NCBI RefSeq assembly: GCF_009834535.1 | Contig: NC_045697.1 | Location: 5,706,001-5,770,000 of the forward strand | DNA from: Camelus ferus | Taxonomy: Eukaryota | Length of the DNA: 64,000 bases | Reading direction: 5' to 3' | In this document: positions 25,201-36,660 of the stretch, piece by piece | Layout of the letters: the number at the start of each line of letters is the position of its first letter | Position numbering within the stretch: the first letter of the stretch is position 1 | The notes under the pieces: model-generated | Seen by the model: only the letters and a program-made list of their open reading frames with translations | The model's database searches: none | Told to the model about the DNA's origin: nothing | Position numbers and translations under genes: made by a program

Positions 25201-27779
25201 AAACACCTGCCAGCCCCCCGGGTGCACAGAGGGCTGTTTCCAGAAGAGAAATGGCAAAGGCAGGCCGCGTATTTACGGCCAGCTCTGCCTGGTGCAGGAT
25301 CTCAGTGGCTGAGGCCGCAGGAGCAGGCGCTGTGGGAAGAGCTCAGCCGGGGAGCCAGGCCCACGCTGCTGGCTGAGTTCACGTTTCTGAGCCTCAGTTC
25401 CCTTGTCTGTAAAATGGGGCTGAAGTCAGCATAGCACAGCAGACAGAAAAGCCGAAAAGCCACAAGGGGCACCGCTGGGGGATGCCCTTCTTTCATCAGG
25501 TCTTGACCCCAGACTCATCAGGGCACTGAGAGGCGAGGCCACTCTGCGGGGGCAAACCGTTCATTCAGCCCAGGGCCCCTGGCTGGCAGGCTGGCTGCCA
25601 CCCTCCTCCCCGACCTGCACTGCTGCCTCCCTGCCCTCTGTCCTCGCCACCCATCAGTTACTAGCACAGGGTCTGGCAAGACCTTCTGAGGCCACCAACA
25701 CCTGCTGTGCAGTGAGTGCCTCTGCTCCCGGCTGGGACAGGCCTCCAGGTGCCCAGGCCAGAGAGTACAGACGGTCCGACGCCGCCCACACAGTGACACC
25801 ACATGACGGGGATGCTGGGGAGCCTCCGTGGGTGGGGCACTGGCGGCGAGCACAACCCCAGGGGTAAGGAAGACTTCTGAGGGGCACGTGTCACCTGTAG
25901 GTGAGGTTAGGGAGGTCACTGAGCCTCTCTGCACCTCGTCCCTCCGCCACGATATGAAGTGTTAACTGGACGGGAAGGGGAATCCAGGAAAGCGTGTCCC
26001 AGCAGCCCTGGCTGTGGAATCCCACATGCGGGCTCCCCCGCGAGGAAGTCAGTCTGCAAGGCGCACCCAAACGCAAAACCCTTGTGGGGCCTGGGGCGGT
26101 TCCCCACTGTGTTTAGGACCTTTTTGTAATAGTCGTATAGTGACTGAATGGTTAAAAAAACAAAAAAGCAGAAACCTGGTGTCCTCCCAGCCCACACCTG
26201 CCATTTTAAATCCCCTTGGGACACTCTTCAGCTTGGGGCCACCTGGGAGAGGCTGGTCCCCGCCCCTCCGTGCAGCCCAGAAGCTCGGGCACCTGTGCCC
26301 ACCAGCCCATCCCATGGGGCCCCCTCCGCATTCGGATCTCAGCCCAGGTGAGGCCTGTGATCTCCCCAAAGAGCTGGCCGCAGGCACTCAGTCACCCTGC
26401 ATTTCTCCCTTGTGGACTCCTGGCAGCATCCAATAGCATCTGGACATCTGTCTGCTGGCTCACCGCTTGTCGCCTCTGCTGGAACATAAGCCCCGGGGGC
26501 AGGCACCTGCCAGCACCCCGCCCTGCACACAGTGGGTGGCACTTAGTAAACATACACTGAAGAATGAAGTGCAGGGGGTGGCCTCGGGCACGACAGTGTC
26601 TCTACTCAATCTCCCTTCGGTCAAGTGGGGTCTAACGGCATCTACCCTACAGGGGCTTGGGGGGCATCAGAGATCTTCGTTAAAAGCCCCTTGTGAACTC
26701 CTGGGTATCAGCATGTGATGTGCACACAAACCTGCAGGAAAGAGGGAGGAAGGGCACGCACACGTTTCTTTCTCCAGCCTCAGCCTCAGCCTCAGGGCAG
26801 CTGGACACAGCCCCAGCAGCTCCCCGGCCCTGCCAGCGGTGCTCTCCGGGAAGGACGCCCGCCATGAGATGCCAGTAGAAAAGGCCCAAGTCCCAAGAGA
26901 CGCTTCTCCAGAACCATCTACCAGGGGCTCCAAGTTCCCGAGGCTGGCTGTGCACTCCACCCGCTGCAGAGCCTTTCAGCCATGCGACGCCTGCCCCGCC
27001 CAGCGCTGCTGCGAGAAGCACCAGGCCTCTCCTCCCCAACTCCACCAGGACCAGGTTACCCAGCAGAACCTGCCCCGGCAGGATGTGCACGCAGAAGGCA
27101 GTTTTGTCTGCCCACCCGCCTCTCCATGCAGGGAACTAGCCCCAGGCAGACACAGAGAAAATGAGCCAAAAGGAAAGCCCGGCCCCTTCTGGCGGGGCCG
27201 TGGCCACAGCTACTTGTGTGCAGTCTGTCCAGACGGGACTCTAGTCCCCAGGAAGCCATCCTCCGTGTACCCAGGTTCCATCAGGGCGCGGCTCCTACAT
27301 CACCTTGGCTCCCACTCCCTGACCTCAGGTCCTCCCCTCCTGCCCCGCCCCTGTCTCCCAGATTCACTCCCTCTCCATCCCCAGCACCCAGACTGGTCCA
27401 GACCCACGTCTCCTCCCTGATGCCCTCCTGGGCCGTCTCGCTGCCTCTTGTCACTCCCATCCAAACTGCAGCCTCCCCGGCCACCCGAGTGACCATCCCA
27501 TCACTCCCGCTCCTCCAGGGGCCTTTGCTGGCACTCCAGTCTGGCCACAGCCGGCTCCTCCCTGAGGCAGAACACACATGGGCCACCTGACCACACCCTG
27601 CAGGCCGGGGACACAGTCCCCAATCCCCACGTGGTTACACAGGCCTTCTTCTCCCAGGGCCTCTGCTTCCCCCTCACTCACTGCCCCTCAGGGAATGTGC
27701 TGGGCCTGCTGGACAGGAGCCTCCCTCCCACAGACTCCATCGCATCGCCCCCTCCCTTCCCTGCCGGCCAGACCCCTCA

Positions 27780-28007
<228 letters not shown>

Positions 28008-28027
28008 TCAGGGGGGCGATGGGGCAG

Positions 28028-28108
28028 CCACGCACACATGCACACACAGACACAGAGACACACAGACACACACACAGACACACGCACACACAGACACGTG
28101 CGCGCACA
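28028..28108. repeat. Imperfect (CA)n-rich simple repeat just upstream of the NSG1 exon 3 acceptor (UG-rich in the pre-mRNA)
   Basis: cacgcacacatgcacacacagacacagagacacacagacacacacacagacacacgcacaca... Confidence 0.85.
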
Positions 28109-28599
28109 CTGACCCACACGCTGCTGTAGCAGGCAGTCTCTGGAAGGAGGGACAGAACACAGAACTGGGAGGCCTCTGGGGACAACAGGTCAGCAGAATC
28201 CCTTGTGCCATTTTCATCTTTTACCATATCCACATGGCATCTTTATTTTTAATAAGCTATTTTTAGTATTTCAGGCCCTGTGTAGAGCTTGGGGTACAGA
28301 TACCATCAGGCCTCATGGACATGGGACACACGATTGAGCCGTGGGTGCGGGTGGCCCTTCTCATGCTGCCGGTCCTGGAGGGGACGCATCAGCCACCAGC
28401 TGGTCAGCTGTCCCCTAGACGTGCCCCGAGCCGGGACCAGCTGAGCAAGACAGACTGACTCTCCTAGGTCCCCATCACCTCCACCCTCGATGGCTTCCTG
28501 CGTGTTCAGTTTGATCTGTCCCCTCCCTGGAGGGAAGTCCCCCCAGCACAGGGACCGAGCTTTCTGCACTACTGGACGCGGGCTCCCAGCACCGCGTGT

Positions 28600-29920
28600 G
28601 CGGCCAGAGCATCATATAGAAACATTAACCCATGACGGATAAAGACTTGAACGTAAGACCCGAAACTGTAAACTCCTAGAAGAAAACGCAGGTGATAAGC
28701 CCCTTGACGCTGGCCTTGGCAATGATTTTTTGTATTTGACACTAAAAGCAAAGGCAACACAAGCGAACATGAACAAGTGGGACAACAGCAAACTAAAAAG
28801 CTGCTACACAGCAAAGGAAACCACCAACAAAATAAAAAAGCAATGGTGGAAATATCTGTAATTCATACGTAAGAGAATAATATACAAAATAAATTAAGAA
28901 CTCATAACTCTAGAGCAAAAAACCCAAACAATCCAACTAAAAAATGGGCAAAGAAACTGAACAAGCATTTTTCCCAAAGAAGATATGCAGATGGCCAACA
29001 GGTAGTTCATGAGAAGTGCTCAGCATCATAAATCATCAGAAAAATGCAAATCGAAGCCATAATGAGATACCTGTACCTCACATCTACGGCTATTTTCAAA
29101 AAGACAAGAAATAGTAAGTGTTGGGGAGGACGTGGAGGAACGGGAGCTCTCCTGCACCGCCGGTAGGAGTGCCAGTTGGTGCAGCCATTATGTTAAACAC
29201 TGTAGATCCCTCAGAAGAATTAAAACCAGAACTACCATGTGATCCAGTCATTCCACTTCTGAGTATTTATTTGAAGGAAATGAAAACACTCACTTGAATA
29301 GCTATCTGCACCCCGATGTTCACTGCAGTGTTATTTACAGTGGCCAAGATAACCTAAGTGTCCATCGATGGATGGACGGATAAAGTTGTGGCACATACAT
29401 TCAATGGAATAATATTCAGCCATAGGAAGGAACTCTTGCCATTTGCAACAACACAGATGGACCTTGAGGGCATTATGCTGAGTGAAATAAGCCAGAGTAA
29501 GACAGATACCATTTGAGCTCACTTATATGTGGAATCTTGAAAAAAAGAAAACAAAAAGAGCTCATAGAAACAGAGAACAAATTGGCTTTACGAGAAGCAG
29601 TGGGGTAGGGCTGGAAGAAGTGGGTGAAGAGGGCCAAAAGGTACAAACTTCCAATTGTAAGATAAATACATCACGGGAATGTAATGTGCAGCATGGTGAC
29701 TAGTTACCAATACTGTGTTGCATGTCTGAAGGTTGCTAAGGGAGTAGCTTCTTAAAAAGTGTCATCACAAGAAAAAAATCTGTAACTATGTGTGGTGACA
29801 GATGTTAACCAGACTTACAGTGTGATCATTTCTCAGTGCACACAAATACTGAATCACTCTGTTGCACACTTGAAACTAACTGATTCTATATGTCAATTAC
29901 ATCTCAATTTAAAAAAAAAA
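28600..29920 (+). mobile_element. LINE-1 3' portion (ORF2 end, 3' UTR, A-tail)
   Basis: aaactcctagaagaaaac, agaactaccatgtgatccag, gacagataccatttgagctcacttatatgtggaatc; ends tatgtcaattacatctcaattt(a)10. Confidence 0.9.
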
Positions 29921-30594
29921 GAGTATGATCTCAAGTCTTGGAGAGACGTGCATCCTTAAACCTGTCCCTTGAACTGGAAGCCACGTGGAGTTGGGTTCGC
30001 AGCGCCCCGTCTGTTCAGGTGTAAAATAAGCCCCGGCTCTCTCAGCGGGGCTGTGAGGAAGCAGGTCCTCAGGGCTCTCCTCCTGGAACCTGGCCTGGGC
30101 GTTCCATCCAGGATTTCTGGACCTGATGGCCACGAAGCTCACAGAACTGAGAAATGAGAACCTGACAGTTCCCAGAAGAGCCGAGGGAGAAAGCAAAGGA
30201 ATCAATCCCCGGAGAGTCAGCAGGAGGCACCTGGTGTGGCAAAGCCCCAGCCCCACCCCCACCCCCAGGTGGTCCCTGCTACCCCGCCACTGACACCTCT
30301 GCTCTCTCCGGGCCCCTCCTGGGCCCCAGGGTCTGCTCAGACCTGGGAAGCACCCTGAGGGGTAAGAAATGCAGGTGCACAATTCACTGTGTGGCATGGT
30401 ATCCCCTGTGGCCGCCACAGGCTGAGGAGCCTTTCCAGAAAGGTCCCAGCAAGCTCACAACTGGATCCCAGCTCGGCCACCTGCCACCTGTGTGATGCAC
30501 AGGTCGCCTCAGACCTCACCTCTTACATGTTTATCAAGAGGATGACGAGATCACGGACTTGAGAGCACGCTGTCAGCCCCACGTGCTGGGCCCC

Positions 30595-31008
30595 TGTTCC
30601 AGGCTGAATTGTGTCCCCCCCAAACCTCCCCCCAAAAGAACACACAAGCCCCAACCCCTGGTACCTGCGAATGTGACCTTATTTAGAAATACAGTCCTTG
30701 CAGGTGTGATTAAAGTAACCGAGCTCATTCAGGTGGGCCCTAACCCAACAGGACTGTGTCTTACGAAAGGGGGACATGAGGACCCAGGTGCACACAGGGA
30801 GCAGCCCCTTGAAGACAAGCCAAAGACAGCCAAGGAGTGCCAGCAACAGCCCCAGAAGCCAGGAAGAGGCAGGCTTCAGAGGGAGCGCAGCCCTGCCGAC
30901 ACCTTGACCTTGGACTTCTGGCCTCCGGAACTGTGAGATGCTACATTTCGGCTGTTCCAGCACCCCAGTCGGTGAGCTTTGTCACAGCCGTCCTAGCAAA
31001 CTAATGCA
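30595..31008 (+). mobile_element. MaLR solo LTR (MLT1 family)
   Basis: TG...CA termini; gaatgtgaccttatttagaaat and ggacttctggcctccggaactgtgaga; flanks gcccc/gcccg resemble a 5-bp target-site duplication. Confidence 0.85.
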
Positions 31009-31509
31009 GCCCGCAGTGCCAGGGCTGTTTCAGGCAAGCACTCAGGACTGGCTCGCCTCCCTGGAAGGTCACCCTTGTCCCCCAGCACAGCCAGATGGCA
31101 GCCTTCTCTCCTCACCGTTCAAAGCCCTGGCCAGGCCCACCGCCCTCCAGGAGGGCTCCGGGACGCCCCAGCCTCTCTGGGCACCAGCAACACATGGTGC
31201 ACCCCAGAACCCAGCATCCCCCCCTTTCCTGATTCAAGTGTAGTGAAAATGTGTCCCAGTCTGGAGAGTTTCATGAGCCTCCCTCACCTCCCCCAGCCCA
31301 TGAGACAACCAGGAATATTCCAGAGCGAAGTGTGAAACACACCTGTTTCCTCCAGGCCCTGGGTGTACCCTTTGCCTTCTCTACAGGGACATAAGGGTGT
31401 GCCCTGGGAGCCCCACGGCTGTGCTCTCTGGGGCCAGGCTGTGGGGCTGGGGGCCAGGGCGTCCCTTGGGTGGAGGAAGGCTGTCTCCTTAGAGGCAGGG
31501 CCTTTCTTC

Positions 31510-31755
31510 CAGGGCCGACATCTCTAAGACACGCACGAGGCCCAGTACTGGGGCCTGTGATGCCTTTAGTGACCCAAGAAAATGGGTTTTATTTTTGTTT
31601 AAAAACCAGAAAAAAAAGAATAAAATAGTAATGAATATATAATAATGAATCCAGCCTGGATTATGTTCATCTTTAGACCAAGGTAGCCAGAAAATTTTTT
31701 TTTTTTAAGGAGGAAAGGGCCCACAAAGGCAAAAGTGCTTTGTGCCCCAAGGCCT
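31510..31755. mobile_element. hAT-type DNA transposon remnant (MER96B-like)
   Basis: cagggcc start, aatccagcctggattatgttcatcttt and gggcccacaaaggcaaaagtgc resemble the recalled consensus. Confidence 0.5.
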
Positions 31756-32553
31756 TGCCTTCCTGCACCGACTGAATCCCCAGTGGCCAGTGGACATTCC
31801 CCTGGGAGATCTGACAGCGGCCACCTTGGAGTGACCTTGGCCTGCTGCATCAGCCCTGGTCTCTGCTGAGTGGTTTTAACTCCTAAGAGTGTGGGAAGAG
31901 ACCCGGGAGAGGAAAGCAGGAGGCAGGGCAGACACCTCTGCGGGGAAGGTGTCCAGGAGGCAGGTGTTGGGTCCCGAAGGATGGGCGCTCCCCAGGGAAG
32001 CTCGGGCAAGGCTGCTCTTGTCAGAGGGAGAGGGGGACCGTGCCAAAGCCCTGAGGCTTTCAAGACACAGCACGTTCGGCCAGTGTGGCTGGAGCATCAC
32101 ACGTCCTGTGGGGGAGGGGATGTGAGCCAGGTGACAAGGAACCCCATGTGCCACACCAAGAGGTGGGAACCCAGGTGCTGCGGGATTCCAGGAGGCGCTG
32201 CCTCTTTATGATGCCCCAAATTAGCACTCCTTGCAGCGCTGGGAGGCATTGCCAGTTGCCTGAAGGACGGGTGTTTGCTACTGATTTACACGTGTGTGTG
32301 TGCACATGTGTGTTAAAGCAGATTCTACATGCTCCCTAAATTTACATGACTTCTGCACAGCTGTCAATAAACACTCTAAAGCAGGAGGTGACGGGGTGAA
32401 ATTACAGACTGTACAGGGATTTGTACTCATTACCGCACGTCCTCTGGCGTGTGCCCATGGCGGCCCTCGGTGGCCCAGACCCCAGTGCTGCGGGAAGGGG
32501 GCTGTTAGGCACAGTGTGTGGGAGCAGCAGGGGTCGGGGAGGGGGGCCTGGTG

Positions 32554-32885
32554 CAGGGTTTCTAACACGTCTGTGCCACGGACCTCTTTGGCAGCCAAGT
32601 GAAATTGGTAAATCCTTCTCAGAATCATGCTTAGCGCACAGAAAACACTATACAAAGGGGGAAAAACACTTCTAATGAAGTACTATTATCAAAATACTAC
32701 AAAAATGTAGATTTGTGATATAATATATATGCTTCCTTATTAACACATCAAACAACAAGATCTTACACTATTGTGATTTCAGAGGAATGATGAGACCAAA
32801 CGCTTCCCCAAATCTTGGCAACAACTGCAGTGTGATACCAAAACGCCTGTGGTTTGCACGGGTATCACTAACACTACTGTAGCTT
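32554..32885. mobile_element. hAT-Charlie DNA transposon remnant (MER119-like)
   Basis: cagggtttctaac...tgtgccacggacctctttggcag...ccttctcagaat resembles the recalled consensus start. Confidence 0.55.
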
Positions 32886-32889
32886 ACTG

Positions 32890-34590
32890 CCTACAGCAAA
32901 ACGTGAAAGAATGCTTCCACTGCAAACTGTAAGACACTGCTGAAAGAAATTAAAGAAGACCCAAATAAATGGAAAGAGATCTTGGACTGGAAGACTTAAT
33001 ATTAAGATGGGACTACTTTCCAAACTGATGCACAGATTCAACGCAATCCCCATCAAAATCCCAACAGCCGTTTTCGCAGAATTGTAAATTGCAAGGGATC
33101 GTGAAGAGCTAAGGCAACCTTGAAAACAAAGAATAAGTGGGAGGATTCACACTTCCCAATTTCAAAACTTACTGCAAAGCTGCAGTAATCAAAACAGTGT
33201 GGCACTGGCATCAGAATGGCTACATAAATCAGTGCAATAGAATGGAGAGTCCAGAACTAAAACCTCGTGTCCACAGTCTGATTTTTGATAAGGGTGCCAA
33301 GACATCCACGGGGCAAAAACGGTTTCTTCAACAAATGGCGTTGGGACAACTGGGTATCTATCTGCACACAAAAGAATCGAGTTGGACCCTGACCTCACAC
33401 CACATACAAAAATTAACTCAAAATGAAATGAAGACCTAAATATAAAAGCCAAAGCCATAAAACTCTTAGAAGAAAACTGAGAGGTAAATCTTCATGACCT
33501 TGCATTTTGCAATGGTGTCTTAGATACAACACCAAAAGCACAACCAACAAAAACAAAAAATAAATTGTACTTCACCAAAATTAAAAAATTTTTGTGCATT
33601 AAACACAAGCAAGAAAGTGAAAAGGAAGCCCACAGAATATAGAAAATACCTGCAAATGATATAGCTGGTAAGGCTTTAGTTTCCAGAATATAAAAGGAAA
33701 TCTTACAACAACAGAAAGACAAACAACCCAATTAAAAATGGGAAAGGACTTGAATTAGACGGCTCTCCGAAGAAGATAAACAAACGGCCAGCAGGCAGAG
33801 GAAAAGACACAGTATCATTAGCCATTGGAAAGCGCAGAGCAAAAGCACAACGAGATAACACCTCACACCCACTAGAACAGCTGTAATAAACATAAATAAA
33901 CAAGGAACAAGTGTTGGTGAGGATATGAAGAAAGTGAAAACCTCGTACACTGCTGGTGGGAATATAAAATGGTGCAGCTGCTGTGGAGCACAGCAGTTCC
34001 TGGATGTGCTAAACATAAAAGCACCACACAGGCTGGCAATTCCACTCCTAGGTACGTACCCAAGAAAACTCAAAGCAGGTGCTCACAGAAACTTGGACGT
34101 GAACGATCACTGCAGCACTATTCACATTTAACCGAAAGGTGGAAAGGACCCCAACGTCCATCCGTGGATGAATGGATAAACAAAATGCAGTGCGTCCGTA
34201 CAAGGGAGCATTACTCAGCCATAAAGAGATACAAAGCACTGATACAGACTACAACATGATGGACCCTGAGAACACAATCCTCAGTGAGTATTATCCTATC
34301 ATATAAGACTGCATCTTGGATGATTCCATTTATATGAAATGTCCAGAACAGGGAAGTGCAGAGAGACAGAAAGCAAATTAGTGGCTGCTCAGGGCTGAGG
34401 GGAGGGGGAACCAGGGAGTGACAGACAATGGGTGTGGGGCCCCTCTGGGAGTGATGAAAATGTTCTGGAACCAGTGAGTGGTGATGGTTGGGCAACACTG
34501 TGAATGTACGAGACATCACTGAATTGAACACTTTAAAATGGTAAATTTCACATAAATTTTGTATTCTATTTTACTACCAAAAAAAAAAAA
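32890..34590 (+). mobile_element. Old LINE-1 3' portion (L1MB-like) with A-tail
   Basis: Degenerate ORF2 peptide [21 protein letters not shown] in the ORF track; 3' UTR tgaaaatgttctggaa...cactttaaaatggtaaattt; A-tail at 34579-34591. Confidence 0.9.
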
Positions 34591-35321
34591 AGTGAGCCAG
34601 AGACGGGAGGCTGGGGTCAGCACAGGCTGTGGCGGGGTCCCGACAAGACCATGAGCCCAAGTCCAAGCAGCGCTACCCCAGAGAAAAGAGGGGCCGGAGG
34701 CAGGGGGTGTTCTGGAAAGAACAGCCAGGAATGGTTAGCAAATAGGATGCGGGCCTTGGGGTGAACTTTACAGGGAGTTTATAAGGTGAGGACCATGTGT
34801 CCTAGATGCTCAGGAAGGTCCCAGTGGACGGTTACTGCCTCAGCATCCCCAAATGCGCAGTGTCACTGTCACCCTCACAAGCGTCCCAATCTGGGCCATA
34901 AGTTGCACGGCTGCTCCACTGACAAGGCCCTGGCCCTCGTGCCCGCTCCCTCAGCGTTCACCATGGGCAGGCAATCAGCAGTCCCCCGACCTCACAGACG
35001 AGGGGCTGGCGCAGCATTTGAACCGGCTGTGTTCCCAACTGCTCTTTCTGGTCTGGGACCTCTTCTCCTGCTGGAGGCCCCCCAGGGGCCCCGGCCCAGT
35101 TGGGGTGGGGACGGAGGTGTCTGCAGCAGGCCTCTGCACCCCACGGACCCCATGCAGCTGCTGAGGGGGAAGGCAGAGCATGGCGGGCTGGGTATCAGAT
35201 GGGTGTGGGTCTGAATCCTACTTCCACCCTCGGTGATCAGCCGACCTCGGGCCTGTTCCTCTCTGACCTGAATCCCCCACCTCCAAAACCAGGACGAGAT
35301 CAACCTTCAAGACTGTTACTA

Positions 35322-35470
35322 GGGGGGAAGGTACAGCGCAGTGGCAGAGCGCATGCCTAGCACGCCTGAGGACCTGGGTGCACCTCCCAGTGCCTCTGTT
35401 TAAAATAATTAATTCAATAAATAATTACCTCCCCCCATTAAAAATATTTTTTAATTAAAAAAAAAAAAAA
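35322..35470 (+). mobile_element. tRNA-derived SINE (camelid vic-1-like), diverged copy
   Basis: gggggaaggtacagcgcagtggcagagcgcatgcctagca...cctgggt...cccagtgcctc, aattacctcc and an A-tail; same family as 55110-55272; partial flanking repeat aagact. Confidence 0.8.
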
Positions 35471-36379
35471 GACTAACTAAGGGCCCAAGCAGACACTGGG
35501 TCATCCTTATTCTCCGCTCTCCGCCCTCTCACCCTGGGGGGGGGGGGGAGGGAAAAAGGAAATGTGCTTTTCTGCTGAGTAATGCAGTTTAAAAAAAAAA
35601 TCTTGGAAAAATAACATGAATTCTGACCTCTCCAAACGCTGACAGTGCTAAATATTTTAGGAAACCCAGACAAAGTGAACACACAGACATTTCTCCCCCA
35701 CAGATGATTCAACCCACTTAATTACCTGACTGTGGAGGAAGCCCCCCACTAGGCTAGGCTGGAAAACCGTGGGCTCTGCAGACCGCAGAGGGGGGCGGCA
35801 AGCCCTGCGTGATGCTCTGCGGAAGGCCACGAGGTGTCAAAATGCATTTCCAGGATCCCCAGTGCCACCGCGGGAAGGCCGCCCCCACCACCGAGTGCCA
35901 AGGAAACAGTGTCGCCAGTCATAAATACTTAACAGGTGCATCTTGAGACACACCGGGGGATTACTGGAAGCTCAAGGTCATTAAGGATGTCAGAAAAGAC
36001 ACCAACCACCCACACAGTCACGTGTGATGGGAGGCAAAGGGACCCCTGCTACAGCACAGGGAGACCCTTCAAACCAACCAGGTCACTCCTTGTGGGACAT
36101 TCTCCCAGCTCTGTGCGAGGCTGACCCTGGAACCTCTTAAAGCCCCTAAGGCAATGTGGTGCCAGGTGAGGGTGTGTGGCTTGCTCACCCAAGTCCTGAA
36201 CCCACAAGGACCAGTGTGTCGATCTCAGAGGGGTCGGCACCCCTCCATCGCTGCAGCCACAGCACGTACCTTACTTTCCTGTAGCCTGCCTAATTGCGCC
36301 CCCTCCAACCTCCAAGCGTTAAGAAGTGGCCCCAGCAGCACGGCGACCCGCCACTCCGCATGGGTGAGTGGGAAAGTGC

Positions 36380-36660
36380 AATTAAAAACATATTTAGGTT
36401 TAGTTAATTTGAGAAACATCTCAGCTCGTGTTTATTCTCGGCATAAACACACCTTCAAATAATTAAACGGCCTCTTTCCTTGTTGACACTAACCTCTTCG
36501 GAAGCCCAGACTTTGGGCCGCCGCCGCCGGGTGAGTCACCCAGCAATCCCAGTGCAGCGGAGTCGCACCAAGCCCTCCCCCAGCCAGCAGTTACCTAGCA
36601 ACCAGCCTAGCAACCTCGTAGCCCAGAGATTAATCCCCGGGTGATAATCATAAAGCAACA
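36380..36660. promoter_or_regulatory. Candidate intronic enhancer (RFX, AP-1, FOX and homeodomain motifs)
   Basis: X-box GTTACCTAGCAAC at 36590-36602, half-site at 36606-36614, TGAGTCA at 36532-36538, inverted FOX-like pair at 36428-36450, several TAAT/ATTA cores. Confidence 0.5.

Noticed and set aside
26839..27420. 193-aa ORF and similar 130-200 aa intronic ORFs (22480-23091, 38115-38711, 19792-20397)
   Set aside because: No recognisable homology or exon structure; expected by chance in GC-rich DNA.
33137..33439. ORF with reverse-transcriptase-element-like peptide (also 4005-4235)
   Set aside because: Decayed L1 ORF2 fragment with stops and frameshifts; not a gene or an active element.
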